In this document: one piece after another, positions 24,860 through 33,101 of the stretch
Position numbering within the stretch: position 1 is the stretch's first letter
Layout of the letters: every line of letters starts with the position of its first letter
Assembly: GCA_964423255.1 (NCBI GenBank)
Contig: CAYREN010000005.1
Coordinates: 1 to 35,923, forward strand
From: an uncultured Roseivirgaceae bacterium
Lineage (GTDB): Bacteria; Bacteroidota; Bacteroidia; Cytophagales; Cyclobacteriaceae
DNA length: 35,923 bases
Reading direction: 5' to 3'
Notes under the pieces: model-generated
The model's database searches: none
What the model was told of the DNA's origin: nothing
Seen by the model: only the letters and a program-made list of their open reading frames with translations
Position numbers and translations under genes: made by a program

Positions 24860-25759
24860 TTATTCAGCTGTATACTTTTCGAATTGTTTGGCAATTCGGG
24901 CTTCTTTGTGGTCTCCAGCATGTACAAGAACCCTGTAACGCAATTTAATTGTATCACCCTTTTTAATAATTGTGTTCTTTTCATTTTCAGGCCAGTACAT
25001 TGGAGTTGGAGAGAAAAACCCGTAGTCGCGCGTAAACCACGGTGCAGGAAACCATTCATTGGAAGGATGCTGCATAATGGTCATCCCTTCCGTCTTCCCC
25101 ATTCTTTTTCCATGATAATCAATCCATGCGGATTGTTTACCAAATGTGCCTTTTTCTCCGGTTTCGCCTTCTGCATTCACCATGATACCTCCATTTATAA
25201 CCGCAAGATCCGGATCCATTCTTCCACTAAAAAGCGAGTGGTTGGTTTTGTCAATAGTAACATCTAATAACATTTCCATTGTAATCTCAAAGTCAATTTG
25301 ATATAAATCTTCTGAGGGAACAGTAACTGTTATGGTACGAAAATCTTTTATAGGAGACATTGCCCCTGGCCTCCTCCAGATGTTTTCATTTTCAATAACA
25401 ACTTTTGTTCCGCCAGATTCAATTATGTCAGCTCTTAACGAGATGATTTGTCCCCGTTCCAATCCTTCCTGCCAATAATTACCGCCATTCACTCGGTCAC
25501 ATCCAAAAAACAGGGAGCTGTGATGCGGATAGTTTGCATTTCTCATAGAGGTAACACTTGCCTTGGAAGGGCCGTTTACAGGATAGAAAAAGGGATATTT
25601 TTCATATTCCGAAAGAATATAATTGGTCAACAAATTACCGTTGATCCTGATCTCAATTTTATCTCCAATTTTATCTGCAGTGATTTTTGATTGCCCAATG
25701 GATTGCTCAGCTATAAATGAAATTAGCGGGAAGGTCAATAATAATATTTTTGTTATCAT
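24860..25759 (-). CDS. PmoA-family (PF14100/DUF6807) protein, secreted
   Basis: 299-aa ORF. Signal peptide is followed by KYPFFYPVNGPSKASVTSMR..NYPHHSSLFFGCDRVNGGNYWQE. This matches the YP..P..GP...T / HH..LW...VNG.DFW pattern as I recall it for this family. Confidence 0.6.
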   Translation of the reverse strand: MITKILLLTFPLISFIAEQSIGQSKITADKIGDKIEIRINGNLLTNYILSEYEKYPFFYPVNGPSKASVTSMRNANYPHHSSLFFGCDRVNGGNYWQEGLERGQIISLRADIIESGGTKVVIENENIWRRPGAMSPIKDFRTITVTVPSEDLYQIDFEITMEMLLDVTIDKTNHSLFSGRMDPDLAVINGGIMVNAEGETGEKGTFGKQSAWIDYHGKRMGKTEGMTIMQHPSNEWFPAPWFTRDYGFFSPTPMYWPENEKNTIIKKGDTIKLRYRVLVHAGDHKEARIAKQFEKYTAE

Positions 25760-25872
25760 TTGTTTATGTTTTTTAGATTTTCAAGTTGCATGTAAAATAT
25801 CATTTTGCAATTGTGCGTCCTCAAATTACCCCGACCATACCGGTTTAATATTTTAATTATATATCAGATTTA

Positions 25873-27249
25873 CTAAATATTCACATAATTGGTTCCATAA
25901 GGATACCTCTGTGGTCTGGAAAGCATTGAGTTTGCAAGATCGTTATCTATGAATTTTTCTTTCATCGGGTCCCATTTCAATATACCAGAAACTTTCATTG
26001 CAATATGACTAATCAGGCAAACGGAACATGATCTGTGTCCGATCTCTATTTGAGAAATAGGTTGTTTTCTTGTCTTTATACAATCCAGCCAGTTTCCATG
26101 CTGTTCATCGCTTTTATATAGATGAATTTCGTTTTCCTTGATCTCAGATTTTAAAATAGCCGGATCACTTGCATCCAAAGCTTTAGAACTTTTTGCTACA
26201 TCTACAGGGTCACTTGATGAGGCCACATAGCTTCCCCGTGACACAAATATCCAGCCGTCTTCGCCTTCATAGCGAATACCATTCGTATATCCTCCACTTG
26301 TATATACAGTTATACCATTTTCGTACTCTTGCTTCACCATAAAATCTCCATGAACATTCCATAGCCCTGATTTAGGAAATTGCGCTATAGCTTCTACTGA
26401 AATAGGGCCAGTAAATTCCGTATCCATGCCCCAGGCAGCAGAATCATAATGATGCTGACCCCATCCCGTAATCATGCCCGCTCCATAGTTTTCAATTCTT
26501 AACCAACCAGGTCGACCATAGCCTTTCTGTGGGTGTACACCTATTTCGGTATAAGGTACTTCAGGAGTAGAGCCGAGCCACATATCAAAATTCAAGCTTT
26601 TTGGTATGGGCATTTCATCAGCTTCAGGACCTGAAGGGTCTCCTGGTAATCCAATTTTTACCGTGTGAATTTTACCAATTCTGCCATTTCTCACCAACTC
26701 GGCTGCAACTCTAAACTGAGGAGAAGACCGTTGTTGAGTTCCTAGTTGCAAGATAGCCCCCTTTTTATGGGCTACATCACTTAATAACCTTCCTTCAGCT
26801 ATCGTAAGGGAAGTAGGTTTCTGCAAATAAACATCCTTACCAGCAACAACTGCTTCCAATGCAGGTTGTGAATGCCAATGGTCGGGTGTACTAATTACTA
26901 CAGCATCAATATCTTTATTCTGGAGCATCTCTTTATAATCAGCATACATTTTTACATCAACTGCCTGATTACTTCCACTTTTTTTATTATAAAGACCTTC
27001 TACATATTTTTTACCATCTTCCATGCGATTACTGTCAATATCCGAAACAGCAATTACCCTTGCTACATCATGTTGTATTGTCCCAGGTATATCGTGGCCT
27101 CTGGCAATTCTACCACAGCCAATCTGGCCTATATTAATCTTGTTACTTGGGGCATTCTTGCCAAATACTGATGATGGTACTATGGTTGGTACTGCAAATG
27201 TCCCAACTGCCGAAGCCAGGGTATTCCTTACAAATATTCTCCTTTTCAT
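25873..27249 (-). CDS. Gfo/Idh/MocA family oxidoreductase with twin-arginine (TAT) signal
   Basis: 458-aa ORF. N-terminus is MKRRIFVRNTLASAVGTFAV (RR-x-F TAT motif). It has the Rossmann motif INIGQIGCGRIARGH and DAVVISTPDHWH...DVYLQKP. Confidence 0.85.
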   Translation of the reverse strand: MKRRIFVRNTLASAVGTFAVPTIVPSSVFGKNAPSNKINIGQIGCGRIARGHDIPGTIQHDVARVIAVSDIDSNRMEDGKKYVEGLYNKKSGSNQAVDVKMYADYKEMLQNKDIDAVVISTPDHWHSQPALEAVVAGKDVYLQKPTSLTIAEGRLLSDVAHKKGAILQLGTQQRSSPQFRVAAELVRNGRIGKIHTVKIGLPGDPSGPEADEMPIPKSLNFDMWLGSTPEVPYTEIGVHPQKGYGRPGWLRIENYGAGMITGWGQHHYDSAAWGMDTEFTGPISVEAIAQFPKSGLWNVHGDFMVKQEYENGITVYTSGGYTNGIRYEGEDGWIFVSRGSYVASSSDPVDVAKSSKALDASDPAILKSEIKENEIHLYKSDEQHGNWLDCIKTRKQPISQIEIGHRSCSVCLISHIAMKVSGILKWDPMKEKFIDNDLANSMLSRPQRYPYGTNYVNI

Positions 27250-27267
27250 TGTTTTTCTATTAACTCA

Positions 27268-28533
27268 TTATGGTTTATTATTCCATTCTATTTCTATTTC
27301 ATTAGCGAAGGTTTGCCAAATAGATTCAGCGGCTTCAGAGGTTAGCGTGTCATCATACACTAGTATTCTGTATTTAAGGATATATTCCTTATTTGGTAAT
27401 AGGTTCCATTTTTGGTGACGAATAGGGCAAAATTCAAAAAACATGTCGCCCCTTCCATTATTGGCATTTTCAGGCCATACCCTCATGGGCTCAGGGTGGG
27501 CTCTATTATCCGGATGGCTAAAAAACACAATGCCAGAATTTATACCAGAAGGAAACGCTCCTTCTATTTTGCACCATCGTGCTTTTGACCCATCAGCATC
27601 CTTTCTCGTTTTTCCCTCAGATGTCAGAACCTTGCTGTTTTGGTTGGTCCAGTATTTTGTTGCGCGAAATCCCATGCCACCACCATATCTGTAATCTGTT
27701 AATTCAATATTTGAATCCAGATTATTGTTTAAGCTAACAATCAGATCAATTAAATAGCATTGTTGACCATTAATATTTACAGGGTAGCTTCTTACTTCCC
27801 ATATTTCATTGATTGCTACCATATCAGGACCTTTATTTTGAAAACTGACATGTTCTTGTTTTATTTTGAAACTGCTATACACTGAACCTGACGTTTTCGA
27901 CAAAAGTCCAGCATATCTAACTGTACCCTGTCCTTTGATGAGGTTCCAAAAATCAACCTCCCTTCCATTGATCTGTGCTTTTGTCCAGGGGTTCCAAATG
28001 CCATAATGGTGATAGTGATCTTCTGGTTGAATTCTTGTAAGTACGTTGCCTTTTGGTGAATAAAGAGGATGAATAAATCCACTTTTCCCATAAAGTGGGT
28101 CAATATTATCAGGAGCTTCTTGTAAAGCGTGACGATAGGCAAGCACCAGTTTGTCATCTGCCAATAAGTAGATATTTTTTTTATTTATAGATACGATTGC
28201 AGCATCGGTATTTTCAAATTTCCCTTCTTTTATTTCAATAACAAAATTAGCTATTGAATTAGGTGCTATGGATATATCTGGAATGAACCACAATATTGTT
28301 TGATCACTTTGCTGTATTTGACTTTTTAGTAAAACCTTTTTTTTCTCATGCAGTCTGTAGACATATACCAAAATGCTATCGTTGTTTGGACTGATATCAT
28401 CAAGAACAATCCGAATTGGGATAGTTAGAAGTCCTTGATCACCTGACGAAACAGAGAATTTTTTTTCAAGAGCATAGGTCTCGAACACCAAAAAACTGCT
28501 GAATATCAAAATAACTATTTTAATTAATTTCAT
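27268..28533 (-). CDS. PmoA-family (PF14100/DUF6807) protein with extra N-terminal domain, secreted
   Basis: 421-aa ORF. Signal peptide is followed by a ~130-aa extra domain. Then comes FIHPLYSPKGNVLTRIQPEDHYHHYGIWNPWTKAQINGREVDFWN. Only 18 nt separate it from the Gfo/Idh/MocA gene. Confidence 0.6.
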   Translation of the reverse strand: MKLIKIVILIFSSFLVFETYALEKKFSVSSGDQGLLTIPIRIVLDDISPNNDSILVYVYRLHEKKKVLLKSQIQQSDQTILWFIPDISIAPNSIANFVIEIKEGKFENTDAAIVSINKKNIYLLADDKLVLAYRHALQEAPDNIDPLYGKSGFIHPLYSPKGNVLTRIQPEDHYHHYGIWNPWTKAQINGREVDFWNLIKGQGTVRYAGLLSKTSGSVYSSFKIKQEHVSFQNKGPDMVAINEIWEVRSYPVNINGQQCYLIDLIVSLNNNLDSNIELTDYRYGGGMGFRATKYWTNQNSKVLTSEGKTRKDADGSKARWCKIEGAFPSGINSGIVFFSHPDNRAHPEPMRVWPENANNGRGDMFFEFCPIRHQKWNLLPNKEYILKYRILVYDDTLTSEAAESIWQTFANEIEIEWNNKP

Positions 28534-28611
28534 TATATGTTCTTCATCATACTATTAGTTTTCAATTTCAGGGGAACATTTTTTTTGAAATAGCTCTTAG
28601 TTCTTATCAAG

Positions 28612-28619
28612 CAAAAGTA
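28612..28619 (-). promoter_or_regulatory. Candidate -7 box (TACTTTTG on minus strand) of the PmoA-Gfo-PmoA operon
   Basis: The reverse complement of CAAAAGTA matches TAnnTTTG. It lies 78 nt upstream of the ATG at 28533 and exactly 20 nt downstream (minus sense) of the CAATCGATTG core. Confidence 0.45.
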
Positions 28620-28638
28620 AATTATTTTTAGAAAAAGA

Positions 28639-28650
28639 ACAATCGATTGT
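28639..28650. promoter_or_regulatory. Candidate LacI-family operator O1
   Basis: Perfect 12-bp palindrome ACAATCGATTGT with a central CG, as in LacI-family operators. It sits in the divergent lacI / PmoA-operon spacer. Confidence 0.55.
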
Positions 28651-28746
28651 GTTAATATTAAATAATTTTCCTTATTTTATGATAATAAAAAATAAATGGC
28701 GTACTTTCCCGCTAAGAATACGTAATTAACCCAATGGTATTATTCG

Positions 28747-29778
28747 ATGAGGAATGAAAAAAGTGATATAACAATTTATGATGTAGCTGAAGCTTTAAAT
28801 GTCTCTGCCTCTACCGTTTCAAGAGCACTTAAAGATCATCAAGGAATAGGTAAGGAAACGAAGAAAAAAGTAAAGAAGATGGCGTTAGCCATGGGCTATG
28901 AGCCAAATTCTATTGCTTCAAATTTGCGAAAGAAAAAAACAAATACAATAGGTGTTTTGGTATCGTATATAAATAGGCCATTTATTTCATCACTAATAAG
29001 CGGAATTGAAGAAGTTGCCAGTAAAAGCAATTATAATGTTATTATATCTCAGACTCATGACTCTTATGAGAAGGAAGTAGAAAATATAAAAGCATTATAT
29101 AACAGCCGTGTAGATGGATTGATTGTTTCTTTGGCTATGCAAACAAGACAATATTCACATTTTGATCCATTTCTGAAAAAAGGTTACCCATTCGTATTTG
29201 CAGATCGAGTTGCTTATGAAATGGAAACAGATAAAATCATTATTGACAATTTTAAGGCAGCATATGATGCCACAGTACATTTAATTGAATGTGGTTATAA
29301 GAGAATTGGCCATCTCGCAGGCGCACAACACAGGCATATTTACGGGAAAAGACTTGAAGGATTTATTGCGGCTTTGAATAGCCATGGGTACCAACAAAAT
29401 GAGGACTTAATATTTTATTCTAAGCTTAGTCATAATGACGGGAGAGAAGGTGCTAAATTACTTTTAAATCTCCCAAAAAGGATTGATGCAGTTTTTTGTG
29501 CTAATGATACAGCGGCGGTTGGATTTATGCAGTATGCAGAAGAAAATGGCTTTAAAATTCCACAAAATTTGGGAGTGGTTGGATTTAATAATGATCCAAT
29601 TTCATTAATAATTAAACCTAAATTATCTACGATTGACCACCCAGCTATGGAGATAGGGAAAAAAGCCGCTGAGCTCGTTTTGGACAAAATATCCGGTAAG
29701 AGTAATACCACTATCCCACACGCAATTACCTTTGAAACTAAGTTAATTGCCAGAGAATCGACAATGAAAATATTGTAA
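28747..29778 (+). CDS. LacI family transcriptional regulator
   Basis: 343-aa ORF. The HTH is ITIYDVAEALNVSASTVSRALKDH. A periplasmic-binding-protein-like sugar-binding core follows (IGVLVS..., VDGLIV, ...VFCANDTAAVGFM..., VVGFNND). Confidence 0.9.
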   Translation: MRNEKSDITIYDVAEALNVSASTVSRALKDHQGIGKETKKKVKKMALAMGYEPNSIASNLRKKKTNTIGVLVSYINRPFISSLISGIEEVASKSNYNVIISQTHDSYEKEVENIKALYNSRVDGLIVSLAMQTRQYSHFDPFLKKGYPFVFADRVAYEMETDKIIIDNFKAAYDATVHLIECGYKRIGHLAGAQHRHIYGKRLEGFIAALNSHGYQQNEDLIFYSKLSHNDGREGAKLLLNLPKRIDAVFCANDTAAVGFMQYAEENGFKIPQNLGVVGFNNDPISLIIKPKLSTIDHPAMEIGKKAAELVLDKISGKSNTTIPHAITFETKLIARESTMKIL

Positions 29779-29862
29779 TATTCTAATTTCAGTCTCGTTT
29801 CGTTATCCAAAGTACATTTCTGTATAATTAATTTGAAATTTCTATTAAGTAAATTTTATTAG

Positions 29863-29876
29863 CGCAATCGATTGCG
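29863..29876. promoter_or_regulatory. Candidate LacI-family operator O2 (upstream of susC-like gene)
   Basis: Perfect 14-bp palindrome CGCAATCGATTGCG sharing the 10-bp core CAATCGATTG with O1. Confidence 0.55.
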
Positions 29877-29894
29877 TAGAAAATATATACTGCA

Positions 29895-29902
29895 TACCTT
29901 TG
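29895..29902 (+). promoter_or_regulatory. Candidate -7 box (TACCTTTG) of susC/susD operon
   Basis: Matches the Bacteroidota TAnnTTTG consensus. It lies 50 nt upstream of the susC-like ATG and exactly 20 nt downstream of the CAATCGATTG core. Confidence 0.5.
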
Positions 29903-29952
29903 CAGATGTATATAATACATTTCAAATATTTTTAATTTAAACACAGAATGCT

Positions 29953-32900
29953 ATGAGAACTAACTTTACAAGAAAGGTTCATGAATTGCTACGGAAAAGG
30001 GTAGGCAATTTTATTCTCTTATTGAGTACGATGTGCCTTAGTTATTTATCCTATGGACAAGGCGCAGAAGTAAACGGTACGGTAACCTCCTCTGATGATG
30101 GGGAACCTCTACCAGGTGTTAACATTGTAATCAAGGGGACAGTTACAGGGTCTTTGACGGATGTCGATGGTAACTACAGTTTGAATGTTACGGAAGACGC
30201 CACCCTGGTTTTTAGCTATGTGGGTTATGAAGCACAGGAAATTGCAGTTGGGAACCAAACTGTTATTGATGTAATACTCGCTTCATCTATTTCTTCACTC
30301 GATGAAATAGTTGTAGTAGGGTATGGTACCGTTAAAAAGAAAGACTTGACAGGTGCCGTATCCCAAATCGATGCTTCCCAGATAGCGCATCAATCACCTA
30401 ATTCAGTAACAGACGTACTACGAGCAAATGTACCAGGATTGAATGTAGGATTTAATAATTCACCCAAAGGTGTCAGTCAAATGGAAGTTCGCGGGAAAAC
30501 AACTTTAAATGCCGGTGCCCAGCCATTAATTGTGCTGGATGGTACCATATTTAATGGTGATTTGTCTGATATTAGTCCACAGGATATTGATAAGGTGGAT
30601 GTTATGAAAGATGCCAGCTCCGCTGCCATTTATGGAGCAAGAGGTTCAAATGGTGTAATATTAATTACAACAAAAAGGGGAACTTCAGAAAAACCAACCA
30701 TTAGACTATCTACAATGTTTGGTGTTGCTACAAAGGCCTTCGATAATCCGCCTTATGATCCCCAGGGATATGCTGATTGGAGAACCGAAGTCTTCAATAG
30801 CATTAATTTTGGAAGACTCGATGATACACCCGGGATGTTTAACCGGCCGGATGATTTACCAGATGGTGTAACACTGGATCAATGGTTGGCTTATGATGGT
30901 GCCACGGGCGACCCAACTACCGCATGGTTGAATAGGATCGGTTTCCAGGATGTGGAAATTGGTAATTATCTTGCGAATAAAAGTGTGGACTGGTACGATA
31001 AGATTTTCCAAAACGGATTTCGCAGTGATGTGAATTTGAGTTTATCCGGCCAGAAGAGTGGACTTAGGTATTACTGGTCATTGGGGCATACAAGTAATGA
31101 AGGTATTATAGTTGGAAATAAATTTGAAACTATCCGCACACGACTAAATCTTGATGCTAAAGTTACAGATTGGTTAACTGTTGGTGTCAATACACAATTT
31201 GCGGTCCGGGATGAAGGTTCTGTACCTGCCGAGTGGTGGATGTATCAACGTGATTCTCCATGGGGCTCTGAGCTTAGTGATGACGGCACTACATTGCGTT
31301 TTAGTCCACAGGATGACTCGGGCGCAGGAGCCCGACATCCATTTTTAAGAAGAACTTATACTGAAAGGGAAAGGATATTCAATACACTAAATGCGAGGAT
31401 GTACGGAAGAATTACACTCCCTTTAGGATTTTCATATGAGATAGCCTTTACTAACCGATTTGAGTGGAATCGTAATTTCAATTTCCAGTCTTCAGCAAGT
31501 CCTGAATGGGCCACAGGTACAGCTTTTAGGGATCGATCGAGTATAAATGAGTGGCAGTTTGAAAATATCCTGAAGTGGGATAAAACCATTGGGGATCATA
31601 CCATTAATGCTACTTTCTTGGTATATGCTGAAAAATATTCACGGTTAGGTGAAAGGTCAACGAATTCACTTTTTAGTCCTAATGACAAATTAGGGTACAA
31701 TAATCTTTCACTGGGTACTGCTCCCGTTTTATCTGGAAACGATCAAACAAGTACGGGCGATGCCTTAATGGCCAGAGTAAATTACAGCTTTAAATCCAAG
31801 TATTTATTTTCAGCATCAGTTCGCAGGGACGGATATTCGGCTTTTGGACCTGAAAATAAAAGAGCCACATTTCCATCAGTCTCAGGAGCATGGGTTATTT
31901 CTGATGAAAGTTTTTGGGGAATTGGTACCATTGACTTTTTCAAGGTTCGGGCCTCTTGGGGTGAGAATGGTAACCGGAATATAGGACGATATGCTTACCT
32001 TTCGCAACTTTCTTCCAACAAAAACCTGATTGTTGACAATGGTACTGTAATTCCTGTGGCTACACTTGATCCTGCCAACATGGAGAATTCTGAGTTAAAA
32101 TGGGAGCGAACAAAGGCATTTAATATTGGTCTTGATTTTAGCATAAAAGAAGGTATCGTTGAAGGGTCATTGGATGTTTATAATATGATAACCAATGACT
32201 TGTTAGTCTCAAGAGCTTTACCTGATGTTACAGGATATAACAGTGTACTTTCGAATTTGGGAGAAATTCAAAATTCCGGTTTTGAATTTGCACTTAAGAC
32301 AAGAAATATTAACAATCAAAACTTTGCCTGGACATCAAATATCAATTTTTCATTAAATAGAAATAAGATTAATAGTCTGTATGGCGATTTAGATGAAAAT
32401 GGCAATGAACTTGATGATCTGACAAATAGATGGTTTATCGGACATGATATTGATGAGTTGTATGGACAGCGTGTTCTTGGTATCTGGCAGGTGGATCAGA
32501 CAGAAGAAGCTGATCGCTATGGTGTGAAACCCGGAGATTTCAGGATATTGGACAAGGATGATGATGGTGTGTTCACTATCGAAGATAATGAGTTTCTAGG
32601 TTTTGCCAAACCCAGATTTAGGTGGACATTTGTAAATAACTTCAACTTATGGAAGCACTTCGATCTGTCTGTAGAAATTTATTCTATGTGGGGAATGAGC
32701 AGATCTTTCAATGAAGCGAAAAACCGCTCTGGATTTATCGACAGGACCAACTCAATTATGACTCCATTCTGGACCGAGGCAAATCCATCTAACGAATGGG
32801 CACGACTTTTCTCCAGTCAGGGTAGTGCGAGTTACAATGTTTATAGAGAGAATTCTTTTATTCGTCTCCAGAACATTACGCTTTCCTATACAATACCGAA

Positions 32901-33078
32901 TGCGATCCTTGATAAAATTAAGGTACAGAACCTGCGTGTATATGGCAACATAAGGAATGTAGGGGTATGGGCACCAAATTGGGAAATATGGGATCCTGAA
33001 GCTACTGATATCGATGGCGTATCCGGAACTGGCCCAACGCCAAGATATTTTACGATTGGGTTAAACCTTACCTTATAA
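29953..33078 (+). CDS. SusC/RagA family TonB-linked outer membrane protein
   Basis: 1041-aa ORF. It has the carboxypeptidase-regulatory-like N-domain (VNGTVTSSDDGEPLPGVNIVIKGT), TonB-box/plug (LDEIVVVGYGTVKKKDLTGAV) and GARGSNGVILITTKRG. The C-terminus ends YFTIGLNLTL. There is no N-terminal STN signalling domain. Confidence 0.93.
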   Translation: MRTNFTRKVHELLRKRVGNFILLLSTMCLSYLSYGQGAEVNGTVTSSDDGEPLPGVNIVIKGTVTGSLTDVDGNYSLNVTEDATLVFSYVGYEAQEIAVGNQTVIDVILASSISSLDEIVVVGYGTVKKKDLTGAVSQIDASQIAHQSPNSVTDVLRANVPGLNVGFNNSPKGVSQMEVRGKTTLNAGAQPLIVLDGTIFNGDLSDISPQDIDKVDVMKDASSAAIYGARGSNGVILITTKRGTSEKPTIRLSTMFGVATKAFDNPPYDPQGYADWRTEVFNSINFGRLDDTPGMFNRPDDLPDGVTLDQWLAYDGATGDPTTAWLNRIGFQDVEIGNYLANKSVDWYDKIFQNGFRSDVNLSLSGQKSGLRYYWSLGHTSNEGIIVGNKFETIRTRLNLDAKVTDWLTVGVNTQFAVRDEGSVPAEWWMYQRDSPWGSELSDDGTTLRFSPQDDSGAGARHPFLRRTYTERERIFNTLNARMYGRITLPLGFSYEIAFTNRFEWNRNFNFQSSASPEWATGTAFRDRSSINEWQFENILKWDKTIGDHTINATFLVYAEKYSRLGERSTNSLFSPNDKLGYNNLSLGTAPVLSGNDQTSTGDALMARVNYSFKSKYLFSASVRRDGYSAFGPENKRATFPSVSGAWVISDESFWGIGTIDFFKVRASWGENGNRNIGRYAYLSQLSSNKNLIVDNGTVIPVATLDPANMENSELKWERTKAFNIGLDFSIKEGIVEGSLDVYNMITNDLLVSRALPDVTGYNSVLSNLGEIQNSGFEFALKTRNINNQNFAWTSNINFSLNRNKINSLYGDLDENGNELDDLTNRWFIGHDIDELYGQRVLGIWQVDQTEEADRYGVKPGDFRILDKDDDGVFTIEDNEFLGFAKPRFRWTFVNNFNLWKHFDLSVEIYSMWGMSRSFNEAKNRSGFIDRTNSIMTPFWTEANPSNEWARLFSSQGSASYNVYRENSFIRLQNITLSYTIPNAILDKIKVQNLRVYGNIRNVGVWAPNWEIWDPEATDIDGVSGTGPTPRYFTIGLNLTL

Positions 33079-33101
33079 TTAAAACGCTTAAAGTAAGAAT
33101 A

